This document shows positions 26,801-34,476 of a stretch of DNA of 39,704 nt, one piece after another. Within the stretch, counting starts at the first letter, position 1. Each line of letters starts with the position of its first letter. This stretch comes from a bacterium (lineage in GTDB: Bacteria > Zhuqueibacterota > Zhuqueibacteria > Zhuqueibacterales > Zhuqueibacteraceae). The stretch lies in the NCBI GenBank assembly GCA_044869275.1, contig JBIOXB010000052.1, positions 1-39,704 of the forward strand, written 5' to 3'. Both the position numbers and the translations under genes were made by a program. The notes under the pieces were generated by a model. That model was not told where the DNA came from, did no database searches, and saw only the letters and a list, made by a program, of their open reading frames with translations.

Positions 26801-27835
26801 TTGCAAATCGTCAATGCCGCTGGAATGATCACGGAATTACGGTGGGATTCCACCGCCTTTCCGCTGCAGGAGGCATTCACACTCATCGGCGCAGGCGAGA
26901 ATATCGATATGCGCAGCAGCAGCCGCGCACAGGTCGCCGGCAATGCCGGGTTGCTCATCCGCAAACATCCTCCGCTGGCCACCGCCACGTTCGATTTTCC
27001 AGTGGCCAATGGCGGCTGGTATTTGATTTCGCTCCCCGTGGTTCCTGATAATAAATCAGCCGCGGTCTTGTTTCCACAAGCCTCGGCTGTCTTCGCCTGG
27101 GACTATGCCACCCAATCCTATTCCGTCACCAGCATGATCGAGCCGGGCCGGGCCTATTGGGTGAATATGCCGTCTGCCGCTCAAGTGCAAGTGCGCGGTG
27201 TGCCCTTCACTGCCTACACACGTCACTACACGCAACAGGGATGGGATCTCACCGGCGCGGTTTCTGTGCCAAGCCCGCTGCGGCATAATCCCGAGGGCAC
27301 CGTGCTGGCAATGTTTCGTTGGAACGCGGTTACGCAAAACTATGCCGCAGTGGACCCGCAGCAGGCCAATCCCAAGCAAGGATATTGGATTCTCATTTTC
27401 AACGCCCCCAATCAAATTGCCGTTGGCGGGACGGAATTTACAATTGTGGACACGCTTCCTCAAGTCTCGGACACGGCTGCCTTTTATGCGCAATATGGCA
27501 GAGTGCCGCCGCCACCACCCTCGCCAAATCGCGTGGAGATATTGTCCAAGATTCCTGAGAACTATGCGCTGGCGCAAAATTTTCCCAATCCCTTCAACCC
27601 GCAAACGGTGATCGAATACCAATTGCCCGAAGACGGCGGCGTCACTCTGAAAATCTATACTATCACAGGTGAAGAAGTTCGAAACCTGCTCGAAGCGCAC
27701 AAAGCTGCAGGCGTTCATCGCGTGCGCTGGGACGGCAGGAATGACGCCGGCCAGAGAGTCAACTCAGGCGTTTATATCTATCGCATCACCATGGGAGAAT
27801 TTACCCATGCGAGAAAGCTCCTGCTCTTGAGATAA
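23882..27835 (+). CDS. Secreted multidomain protein: class-2-like lipase/esterase + 3 Calx-beta + 2 CHRD + unassigned region + FlgD-Ig / T9SS-like C-terminal domain
   Basis: Signal peptide ending AHAFA|Q; PALFVHG, GHSMG (24281-24295), WISLAGANHGT; three DV.VTE.N.G...Y.TANGTAT.G.D...I.DDD repeats; two I.GAHFH / ITTAHFH...NP.GEIRGQ repeats; LAQNFPNPFNP...WDGRND.G..V.SGVY.Y C-terminus. Confidence 0.88.
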   Translation: MKIMVTRCLLPHHSSSLAPGFGRILRLALLFILLWCAHAFAQVSPDYSRTPALFVHGSGLSSSTWQAMITEFISHGYPPEYLSAIDLIPNNGANARAATLFIAPAADSLLVRAGRAARGAGYAGPLPQRLDLLGHSMGAFSTRWYAAELRPDRVRTWISLAGANHGTNTLCDYPDGEGNIELCPAFGIDPVRNAVQIELNGTPAAPLDESPFGIGMDRPGVTPILPDTARRILYYSIRVEPDFWIKPESSALIDGAGGIAVAVPAGVPVVETGPGNFLYTGTDDHDNLPTFPPLIRFVRALLSSSISTRDVTVTEGNAGTSNAVFMVTLSAASNQTVTVDYATANGTATAGSDYIATSGTLTFAPGATTQSLTVVVNGDITVESDETLFVNLSNPANATIADNQALGTISNDDIVVPLPDISINDVSVTEGNAGIVNATFNVTLPAASGQIVTADYATANGTATAGSDYVAGSGTLIFAPGAITQSLTVAVNGDVLDEPNEHFLVNLSNATNATITDNQGLATITDDDAAPALAINDVTVTEANSGTVNAVFNVALSAISGQIVTVNYSTANGTATSGNDFAASAGTLAFSAETITQTIAVQVSGDISNERHETFFVNLNNPQNATITDAQGMGTILDDDGPSVRFLALLKGNLEVPPVKTKASGGGTFMLSAGEDTLRFNLRVTQLSAAITGAHFHNAAAGALGPAVRTITANFSGDVASGIWTRSDNEPLTPALVTELLAGNFYVNIRTASNPSGEIRGQLWRDTPVQLFAALSGSQVVSPVETTASGAGSFTLASGGQSLAFDLRLNELSGSITTAHFHSAATGMSGPSVRDLTTSFAGNRASGIWSDTDVAPLTPALVAELLAGTIYADVHTASNPNGEIRGQTATQALPDWEVPITVRPVGSTNLKRFDLAIGGHAAATDSFNLGLDLIAAPPGFDYYSYLALNTPPGFLSRDIRRWVPPFAGEIVWQLQIVNAAGMITELRWDSTAFPLQEAFTLIGAGENIDMRSSSRAQVAGNAGLLIRKHPPLATATFDFPVANGGWYLISLPVVPDNKSAAVLFPQASAVFAWDYATQSYSVTSMIEPGRAYWVNMPSAAQVQVRGVPFTAYTRHYTQQGWDLTGAVSVPSPLRHNPEGTVLAMFRWNAVTQNYAAVDPQQANPKQGYWILIFNAPNQIAVGGTEFTIVDTLPQVSDTAAFYAQYGRVPPPPPSPNRVEILSKIPENYALAQNFPNPFNPQTVIEYQLPEDGGVTLKIYTITGEEVRNLLEAHKAAGVHRVRWDGRNDAGQRVNSGVYIYRITMGEFTHARKLLLLR
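24800..26545 (+). repeat. Intragenic domain repeats: 3 Calx-beta (about 24800-25800) and 2 CHRD (about 25815-26545)
   Basis: Recurrent peptide and DNA segments, e.g. GATTA.GCCAC.GCGAA.GGCACGGCGACAGC.GGAAGTGATTA at about 24899 and 25244; LTPALV.ELLAG occurs twice. Boundaries are approximate. Confidence 0.8.
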
Positions 27836-27860
27836 AGGCCCGTGCACAAAGTTGTGATCT

Positions 27861-28874
27861 ATGTCAGTCAGCAAACCCATCGCCAGCCTCTCCCTCGACC
27901 TGGATAATAAATGGTCCTATATGAAAACACATGGCGATGCCGGTTGGGAGTCTTTTCCGTCTTATTTGGATGTTCTCGTGCCGCGCGTGCTGGACTTTCT
28001 GCAGGCACGCCATCTCACGATTACTTTTTTCATCGTGGGCCAGGATGCCGCGCTCGACAAGAATCGTGAGGCGCTGCGGTCGATCGCAACGGCCGGGCAT
28101 GAAATCGGCAATCACTCCTTCAAGCATGAACCGTGGCTTCATCTCTATTCTAAATTGGAAATTGCCAGCGAGATGGCTTTAGCGGAAGAACAAATCGAGC
28201 GGGCGACCGGCAAGACGCCGGTCGGTTTTCGCGGCCCGGGCTTTAGCCTCTCCTATGCGACATTGCAGGAACTGGGACGCCGCCGCTATTTGTATGACGC
28301 TTCCACTTTTCCCACGTTTTTCATTCCTCTGGCGCGCGCTTACTATTTCATGACCGCGCATTTCACGGCAGAGGAAAAACGATTGCGCCGCAAATTGGGC
28401 GGAACCTTTGCCGAGGGTTTTCGCCCGCTCAAGCCTTATCGCTGGCAAGTGGGCGCAGATTCGATTATCGAAATCCCCGTCACCACCACGCCGTTTTTCA
28501 AGATGCCGATGCACGTGAGCTATCTCTTGTGCATGAGTCTGTTTTCGCATACGCTGGCTTTGCAGTATTTGAACATGGCTCTGCAATTGTGTCGCTGGAG
28601 CGGCACGCAGCCCTCCCTCCTGTTGCACCCCACCGACTTCTTGAGTGGTGAGGATACGAAGGATCTGGCTTTTTTTCCGGGGATGAGCTTGTCGAGCGCT
28701 AAAAAGCTGGAATGGGTCGGTGATTTTCTCGGGTCGTTATGCGCGCAATTTACCGTGCAAACCATAGAGCAGCACGCCAATGAAGTCAGCCGAATGTCCC
28801 GGCTAGCGGTGATAGAACCGAACTTTCAGAGTACCCGCGCAGCCAAGACATGTGATAAGGAGGAAACAGTATGA
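27861..28874 (+). CDS. Polysaccharide deacetylase (CE4/NodB family)
   Basis: SLSLDLD, ITFFIVG, HEIGNHSFKH, GFRGPGFS, YDAS, IEIPVTT, LLHPTDF. Confidence 0.88.
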   Translation: MSVSKPIASLSLDLDNKWSYMKTHGDAGWESFPSYLDVLVPRVLDFLQARHLTITFFIVGQDAALDKNREALRSIATAGHEIGNHSFKHEPWLHLYSKLEIASEMALAEEQIERATGKTPVGFRGPGFSLSYATLQELGRRRYLYDASTFPTFFIPLARAYYFMTAHFTAEEKRLRRKLGGTFAEGFRPLKPYRWQVGADSIIEIPVTTTPFFKMPMHVSYLLCMSLFSHTLALQYLNMALQLCRWSGTQPSLLLHPTDFLSGEDTKDLAFFPGMSLSSAKKLEWVGDFLGSLCAQFTVQTIEQHANEVSRMSRLAVIEPNFQSTRAAKTCDKEETV

Positions 28875-29716
28875 GTACCCATTACGTCATGGAGGCACCA
28901 TTCGTTTCAGCAGATCGATTGGCGGTGAGTCCGGAGTTGGCGCCGCCGAGGATTATCGTGGTGATGCCAGCGTATAATGCCGAGAGAACCCTCAGTAAGA
29001 CGTGCAATGACATACCGCCTGATACCGTCGATGAAATTATCCTCGTCGATGACGGCAGCAATGATAATACGATGGCGGTGGCACGGAGGCTTGGGCTCAA
29101 AACCTGCCTGCATCCGCAGAATCGTGGTTATGGCGCCAACCAGAAAACTTGTTACACACTGGCGCTCAACGAAGGCGCAGATATCGTCGTGATGATTCAT
29201 CCTGACTACCAATACGACAGCACACTGACGGGGGCGCTCATCCGTCCGATCATAGAAAACCGTTTCGACATCATGCTCGGTTCGCGCATCAGGACCAGGA
29301 AGCAAGCACTCGAGGGAGGCATGCCCCTGTACAAGTACATTGCCAACCGGTTTCTGACCATGATGGAAAACATTGTGCTCGGGAGGAATCTGTCTGAGTA
29401 TCATTCCGGATTTCGGGCGTTCCGTAGAGAGGTGCTGTGCTCTCTACCATTTCACAGATTCTCGGATGACTTCGTGTTCGATCAAGAGATGCTGATTTCG
29501 GCCGCCATGGAGGGGTATAGCATTGGGGAAATTCCTGTACCGATTAGATACTTTCCCGAGGCTTCGTCCATCAACTTCTGGCGGTCCTTGAAGTATGGTA
29601 TCTGCACAGTCATCACGCTGATGAAGTATGTCCTAACGCGCACGTTGATCTATCGCCATAGAATTTTTTTGAAACCTCGACGACGTCATAGGGGCGGGAT
29701 TGGGGTGAGGCGATGA
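28871..29716 (+). CDS. GT2 glycosyltransferase, DPM1-like polyprenyl-phosphate glycosyltransferase
   Basis: VVMPAYNAE, LVDDGSND, NRGYGANQK, MIHPDYQY, LGSR, EYHSGFRAF, FVFDQE, EIPVP. Confidence 0.9.
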   Translation: MSTHYVMEAPFVSADRLAVSPELAPPRIIVVMPAYNAERTLSKTCNDIPPDTVDEIILVDDGSNDNTMAVARRLGLKTCLHPQNRGYGANQKTCYTLALNEGADIVVMIHPDYQYDSTLTGALIRPIIENRFDIMLGSRIRTRKQALEGGMPLYKYIANRFLTMMENIVLGRNLSEYHSGFRAFRREVLCSLPFHRFSDDFVFDQEMLISAAMEGYSIGEIPVPIRYFPEASSINFWRSLKYGICTVITLMKYVLTRTLIYRHRIFLKPRRRHRGGIGVRR

Positions 29717-31002
29717 GCTTGCCGGACGATCGGAAGTTGGCACTTCTTATCCGTTTGCTGGTCGTCGGTGCCGTCTTGGTCAGCGCCTTAGGTTTTCGGG
29801 TCGATCTCAAAAACACACTGAATACCGGTGGTATCGATTTTCGGAATCGGGTAGTGGGCGCGCGGCTATTGCGCGAGGGACTCGATCCGTACCATTTCAA
29901 ATGGACGCCGAATTTTTCGGAGACGTTGCTTGACCCTCTGGATAAGCCCGCTAGTCCAATTACCCGTACTTCTGTTCCTCCCAGCGTGCTGGTTCTGTTG
30001 GCACCAATGACGCATCTCCACTATATGACGCTTCGTGTGCTGTGGCTCATATTTCAATGGATCGCGCTGTTGGCGAGCTTAGGCATTTTGGCCAAGAGCG
30101 CAAGATCTAAAGAAAAGGCCATTGTCGTGTGGATCATCGGGCTTGTTTTTGTCGCCGGCAGCTATGCGTGGCGCTCACATATCGCGGTAGGGCAGATTTA
30201 CATCTTGTTCGTTTTGCTCTATGCTCTCGCTTACTGGCTGTTACTGAAGCATCATCCTCTCAGTGGGATGGTGGGTGGTTTTCTCCTCGGGCTGACAGCG
30301 AGCCTGAGGTTGCCGGTGTTGGTGATGGGAATTCCACTGCTGGTCTATCGACAATGGAAGATTTTGATCGGCGGCACGCTGGGCCTGTTTTTCGGAGTAA
30401 CCGGCTCCATCATTGTCGGCGGAGCGGAGGTGTGGAAAAGCTATTTTTCTGCCATGCGCGTGCATGGGCTGATTCAATACTCGTGGGAGCAATTGCCAAA
30501 GGGAGCCTATGCCGAGCGTATTGAAGGCATGACGAATCTGTCAAAAAACCTGCCGTTTCATGCAGGTGATGCCTCAATACTGGGGATCTTCTATCACCAC
30601 CTTGGGATCAACATTGCGACCGTTCTGCTGCCGATACTCGGTGCTGTTGTCCTCGTCGCAGCGTGGATACTTTACAAGCATTATAGAAAGAGCTTGCCGG
30701 TGAGCCTGGTGTTTCAAGTCGGGCTGGTCTTCGTTCTGGTCAGCGATTTCTTTCTTCCCGCAGCGCGTTACGCCTATCAAGACGTTATATGGCTGATGTT
30801 GCTGCCGCTGGTAGTCATCAACGCGGATTCACTAAAGGCCCTGCTGGACCCCCTGATGGTTTTGGCAGTGAGCGGTTTGTGCTTGAGTGTTGGCTTTACC
30901 TGGGTGCCGTGGCGCACCGTCGTCATGGAAGCGGCGATGCTGCTTTATTTCGTGTTCACGACGTTGGGCTTTGTTCACAAGGGCAGCGAGCACACAAGCT
31001 AA
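29713..31002 (+). CDS. Multi-pass membrane GT-C protein, probably GT87 / DUF2029
   Basis: GGIDF after TM1, GLDPY, SVPPSVLVLLAP, HIAVGQIY, many hydrophobic segments; ATGA-coupled to the GT2. Confidence 0.7.
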   Translation: MSLPDDRKLALLIRLLVVGAVLVSALGFRVDLKNTLNTGGIDFRNRVVGARLLREGLDPYHFKWTPNFSETLLDPLDKPASPITRTSVPPSVLVLLAPMTHLHYMTLRVLWLIFQWIALLASLGILAKSARSKEKAIVVWIIGLVFVAGSYAWRSHIAVGQIYILFVLLYALAYWLLLKHHPLSGMVGGFLLGLTASLRLPVLVMGIPLLVYRQWKILIGGTLGLFFGVTGSIIVGGAEVWKSYFSAMRVHGLIQYSWEQLPKGAYAERIEGMTNLSKNLPFHAGDASILGIFYHHLGINIATVLLPILGAVVLVAAWILYKHYRKSLPVSLVFQVGLVFVLVSDFFLPAARYAYQDVIWLMLLPLVVINADSLKALLDPLMVLAVSGLCLSVGFTWVPWRTVVMEAAMLLYFVFTTLGFVHKGSEHTS

Positions 31003-31022
31003 ATCTTCCGAACGAGGAAAAA

Positions 31023-32285
31023 ATGAAAATCCTGCCGAGGTTGAAGATTGAGCCTAGAGAAAAAGGAGCATTTTCCGCCGCCGTCGCCTGCGGGCATTTG
31101 GCCCGCAGCGTGCTGTTCGTCTCTTGTGGAATCATTCTCCTGTTCGGAGGCACGCACACCATTGAAGCGCAAACGCCATCTTACTCTCGCACACCAGTTC
31201 TGTTCGTGCATGGCTCGGGTCTGTCCTCTACGACGTGGAACCGCATGATCAACGAATTTATCAATCTCGGTTATCCGCCGGAATATTTGTATGCGATCGA
31301 TCTGGTTCCCACCGGTGGCGCCAATGTGCCGGCCGCGGGGTTCTTTATTTCGCCGGCCGCAGAGTTGTTGCTGGTACAGGCAAATAACGCCGCTAAAGAT
31401 GCCGGATATACCGGCCCGCCGCATCAGCGCCTCGATCTCATCGGTCATAGCATGGGCGCGGTGAGCAGTCGTTGGTATACCGCCAAGCTGCGGCCTGACC
31501 GCGTGCGAGCTTGGATATCCTTGGCCGGCGCCAATCACGGCACGAACACCTTATGTGATTATCCCACCACTGACGGCAACATTGAAATGTGCCCGGCCTT
31601 TGCCACCTCCAGCACACAGAATGCGGTGCAAGTGGATTTGAATGGAACGCCGACCGCGCCGCTCGATGAAACACCGTATGGCATTGGTGCGGATCCTGCG
31701 GGCATCAACCGTGTTTCGCCGGACAATGTCCGTCGGATCGTGTATTACTCGATTCGCATTGAGCCGGATTTCTGGATCAAGCCGGAAACGAGCGCACTGG
31801 TGGCCGGCGCCGGAGGTGTGCCGCTTTCGATTCCCTCCGACCTCCCCCTAACCGAAACCGGCGCGGGAAACTATCTCTTCACCGGCGAAACAGATCATGA
31901 CAATTTGCCCTCCCATCCCGATATGATTCGTTTTGTCGCATTGTTGCTTTCGAATGATCTTCTGGTGAGCGCAAAGGAGTTTCAGGAGGAGAAATACCGG
32001 CCTCGCACATTTTCATTCAGCACAAATTTCCCCAATCCTTTCCACGAGGGGACACGGCTGCAGTACCATATTCCAGCCGCCGTCCGCGTCGTCATCAAGA
32101 TTTACTCGCTCGCCGGTTATGAAATCAGAACTTTGGTCAGACAGGAACAGGAGCCGGGCTCCTACAACGTGCATTGGGATGGCAAAAATGATGGCGGCAT
32201 AACCGTGCCGACCGGAGAGTATTTTTGCACGATGCAAGCCGGTGATTTGGTGCGAACACAAAAAGTCATCTTCATACGGCCATAG
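31023..32285 (+). CDS. Secreted class-2-like lipase/esterase with FlgD-Ig / T9SS-like C-terminal domain (paralog of the 23882 N-terminus)
   Basis: PVLFVHGSG, GHSMG (31443-31457), WISLAGANHGT, EPDFWIKP, DHDNLP; NFPNPF...WDGKNDGG..VPTGEYF. ATG 31023 follows GAGG. Confidence 0.88.
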   Translation: MKILPRLKIEPREKGAFSAAVACGHLARSVLFVSCGIILLFGGTHTIEAQTPSYSRTPVLFVHGSGLSSTTWNRMINEFINLGYPPEYLYAIDLVPTGGANVPAAGFFISPAAELLLVQANNAAKDAGYTGPPHQRLDLIGHSMGAVSSRWYTAKLRPDRVRAWISLAGANHGTNTLCDYPTTDGNIEMCPAFATSSTQNAVQVDLNGTPTAPLDETPYGIGADPAGINRVSPDNVRRIVYYSIRIEPDFWIKPETSALVAGAGGVPLSIPSDLPLTETGAGNYLFTGETDHDNLPSHPDMIRFVALLLSNDLLVSAKEFQEEKYRPRTFSFSTNFPNPFHEGTRLQYHIPAAVRVVIKIYSLAGYEIRTLVRQEQEPGSYNVHWDGKNDGGITVPTGEYFCTMQAGDLVRTQKVIFIRP

Positions 32286-32288
32286 AAA

Positions 32289-33407
32289 ATGGGGCACGCA
32301 ATGAAAACCATCGATACTTTGATCACGCCGGAAAGGCACAGGGCCATACGCGAGGAGTGGGACGTTACCAAGCCAGTCGTGTCCGTGGTGGTGCCGGCTT
32401 ACAATGAAGCAGCGATCGTACAGAGAAATCTCGCCCGGCTGTGCGATTACATGGACTCGCTCAAGCCACGCTACCGTTGGGAAGTTGTTTTTGTAAACGA
32501 CGGCAGCACCGACTGTACCGGCGAGCTGGCGGAAGCATTTGCAGCGGAGCGCGATAATGTCTATGTCTTGCATCACGTCACCAACATGCGGCTCGGCCAG
32601 GCCTTGCGCTTCGCATTTACGCACTGCCACGGCGATTATGTGGTCACCATGGATCTCGACTTGAGTTACGCTCCGGATCATATCGAGCGGCTGCTGGCGG
32701 CTTTGCGCGAAAGAAACGCCAAAGTCGCCATTGCCTCGCCCTACATGACCGGCGGCAAGGTCTCGCACGTGCCCTGGACCCGGCGCATGTTGAGCCGCTG
32801 GGCCAATCGCTATTTGTCGTTCACCGCGAACGGCAAACTGCACACGCTCACCGGTATGGTACGGGCTTACGACCGCCGCTTTCTCGATTCCCTGGATTTG
32901 AGCGCCACCGACGTGGAGATTAATACCGAGATACTCTTCAAAGCGCAATTGCTGCACGAGCGTGTGATCGAGATTCCCGCGCACTTGGATTGGAGCCTGC
33001 AGAAGGCGGCTGGGAACCGTCGCCGTTCAAGCATGAAGATTCTCCGTGCGGTAATGGCCTGCCTGTTTTCGGGCTTCATTTTCCGGCCGGTAATTTTCTT
33101 CATTCTGCCTGGCTTTCTGCTGATGATGCTGTCATTTTATCCCATCAGCTGGGTTTTCATTCATACCGCCGAGCATCTCGTCAAAGTGCCGGCGTGGGTG
33201 CAAGCCTGGGATTCGCGCTTATCCGCCGCCGTCGCCGGCGCCTTTCACGAATTTCCGCATACTTTCGTGGTGGCGGGCCTGGCCTTGCTGGTGGCAATCC
33301 AGTTGATCAGCCTCGGCATCGTGTCGATGCAGAGCAAGCGCTACTTCGAAGAGCTTTTTCATCTGGGCACCACCATTTATCGCTTCGATCGTGAAAATAA
33401 AGGCTGA
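32289..33407 (+). CDS. GT2 glycosyltransferase with C-terminal TM helices (ArnC/GtrB/DPM-like)
   Basis: SVVVPAYNE, FVNDGSTD, VTMDLDLSY, IASPY, EIPA, two C-terminal hydrophobic segments. Start is 32289 or 32301. Confidence 0.88.
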   Translation: MGHAMKTIDTLITPERHRAIREEWDVTKPVVSVVVPAYNEAAIVQRNLARLCDYMDSLKPRYRWEVVFVNDGSTDCTGELAEAFAAERDNVYVLHHVTNMRLGQALRFAFTHCHGDYVVTMDLDLSYAPDHIERLLAALRERNAKVAIASPYMTGGKVSHVPWTRRMLSRWANRYLSFTANGKLHTLTGMVRAYDRRFLDSLDLSATDVEINTEILFKAQLLHERVIEIPAHLDWSLQKAAGNRRRSSMKILRAVMACLFSGFIFRPVIFFILPGFLLMMLSFYPISWVFIHTAEHLVKVPAWVQAWDSRLSAAVAGAFHEFPHTFVVAGLALLVAIQLISLGIVSMQSKRYFEELFHLGTTIYRFDRENKG

Positions 33408-33545
33408 CATTAGTGCCCGAGTAGTCAAAGTTGGGCTTGCTGTTAAACTTTAATGTTCCAGTTTTGAAAGAGGGTATCCATCGAATCGTTTTGGGGTTGG
33501 AGGAATGACGTTCTTGCTTTTCTTTGTGAAATCTCTGCATCTCTG

Positions 33546-33561
33546 TCCCGAAGCGTCGGGA
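33546..33561. repeat. Small REP-like hairpin
   Basis: TCCCGA-AGCG-TCGGGA in an intergenic gap, next to a short ATCTCTG-C-ATCTCTG direct repeat. Confidence 0.4.
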
Positions 33562-33609
33562 TGCGCGTTTGTTTTTCTTTAGGGTTCCCGCTTGTCCGGG
33601 TTGTGCAGC

Positions 33610-34281
33610 ATGAAGCAGCGCGTAGAAATCTGCTACGACCAATACACCGAGATCGAATATCGCCAGTTCGACCCCTCGCCGGCAATGAAAAGGGCGATGC
33701 AAATCGCCGGTTGGCTGGCCACGCCCTTGGTGTATCCCTTGGTGTGGCTCGCCAAATTGTCGCCGGAAAGCGGATTCCGGACGATGTCCGAGTTGCTCAG
33801 CTTGATCCCCTTTGTTTTTGGCGTGATCATTCGCTACCAGTTCTACCGCCGTGCCTTGCGCGGCTGTGGACAGAACGTTTTTTTCAGCTTTGGCACAGTG
33901 TTCTATTATCCCGAGATCAGCATTGGCAACAACGTGCTCATCGGTATGTACAATACCATTCATCATTGCGATTTCGGCGACAACGTGATGACGGCGGAGG
34001 GATGCCGCTTTTTGAGCGGTTCGAAATACCATCATTTTTCCCGCTGCGATATTCCGATGACCCGGCAGGGCGGCCAGCTCAAGCGCATACGTGTGGGCGA
34101 CGACGTGTGGATCGGCGCCAATGCCGTGGTGATGGAGGATATTGCGAAGGGCGCGATCGTCGGCGCCGGCGCAGTGGTGACCCGAAAGGTGGAATTGTAC
34201 TGCATCGTGGCCGGAAATCCGGCGAGAATTCTGAACAAGCGATTATGCTTGAGCGGTCAAGGCGATTTGCAGGAAGTGTAG
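33610..34281 (+). CDS. Hexapeptide-repeat O-acyltransferase (WcaF / maltose acetyltransferase-like)
   Basis: CGQNVFFSFGT, ISIGNNVLIG, IRVGDDVWIGANAVV, GAIVGAGAVVTR, VAGNPAR. ATG 33610 preferred. Confidence 0.88.
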   Translation: MKQRVEICYDQYTEIEYRQFDPSPAMKRAMQIAGWLATPLVYPLVWLAKLSPESGFRTMSELLSLIPFVFGVIIRYQFYRRALRGCGQNVFFSFGTVFYYPEISIGNNVLIGMYNTIHHCDFGDNVMTAEGCRFLSGSKYHHFSRCDIPMTRQGGQLKRIRVGDDVWIGANAVVMEDIAKGAIVGAGAVVTRKVELYCIVAGNPARILNKRLCLSGQGDLQEV

Positions 34282-34291
34282 GCGTGGATAG

Positions 34292-34438
34292 CTTGACAAT
34301 GTTAACTTCGCTGACTTCCCCCGATTCATGTCATCCCGGAGGTGTCTTTTTCTGCATTGGTGCTGTGCTTATGCTGAAAAAGATCCCGCAAGGCGGGATG
34401 ACAAAAAATGGGTGAGACACCAACTTAACATTGTCAAG
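34292..34438. mobile_element. 147-bp MITE-like element with 14-bp perfect terminal inverted repeats and a 4-bp flanking direct repeat
   Basis: CTTGACAATGTTAA (34292-34305) ... TTAACATTGTCAAG (34425-34438); ATAG on both sides (34288-34291, 34439-34442); internal hairpin TGTCATCCCG (34329-34338) ... CGGGATGACA (34394-34403). Confidence 0.65.
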
Positions 34439-34476
34439 ATAGCTATCGAGGAAAAGGCTAAGCCGGCTATCGGATC

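Noticed and set aside
1473..33000. Long minus-strand ORFs (e.g. 1473..2543, 4118..5356, 15609..16649, 20488..21384, 32013..32984)
   Set aside because: They are antisense shadows of well-supported + strand genes in GC-rich sequence and contain no domain motifs.
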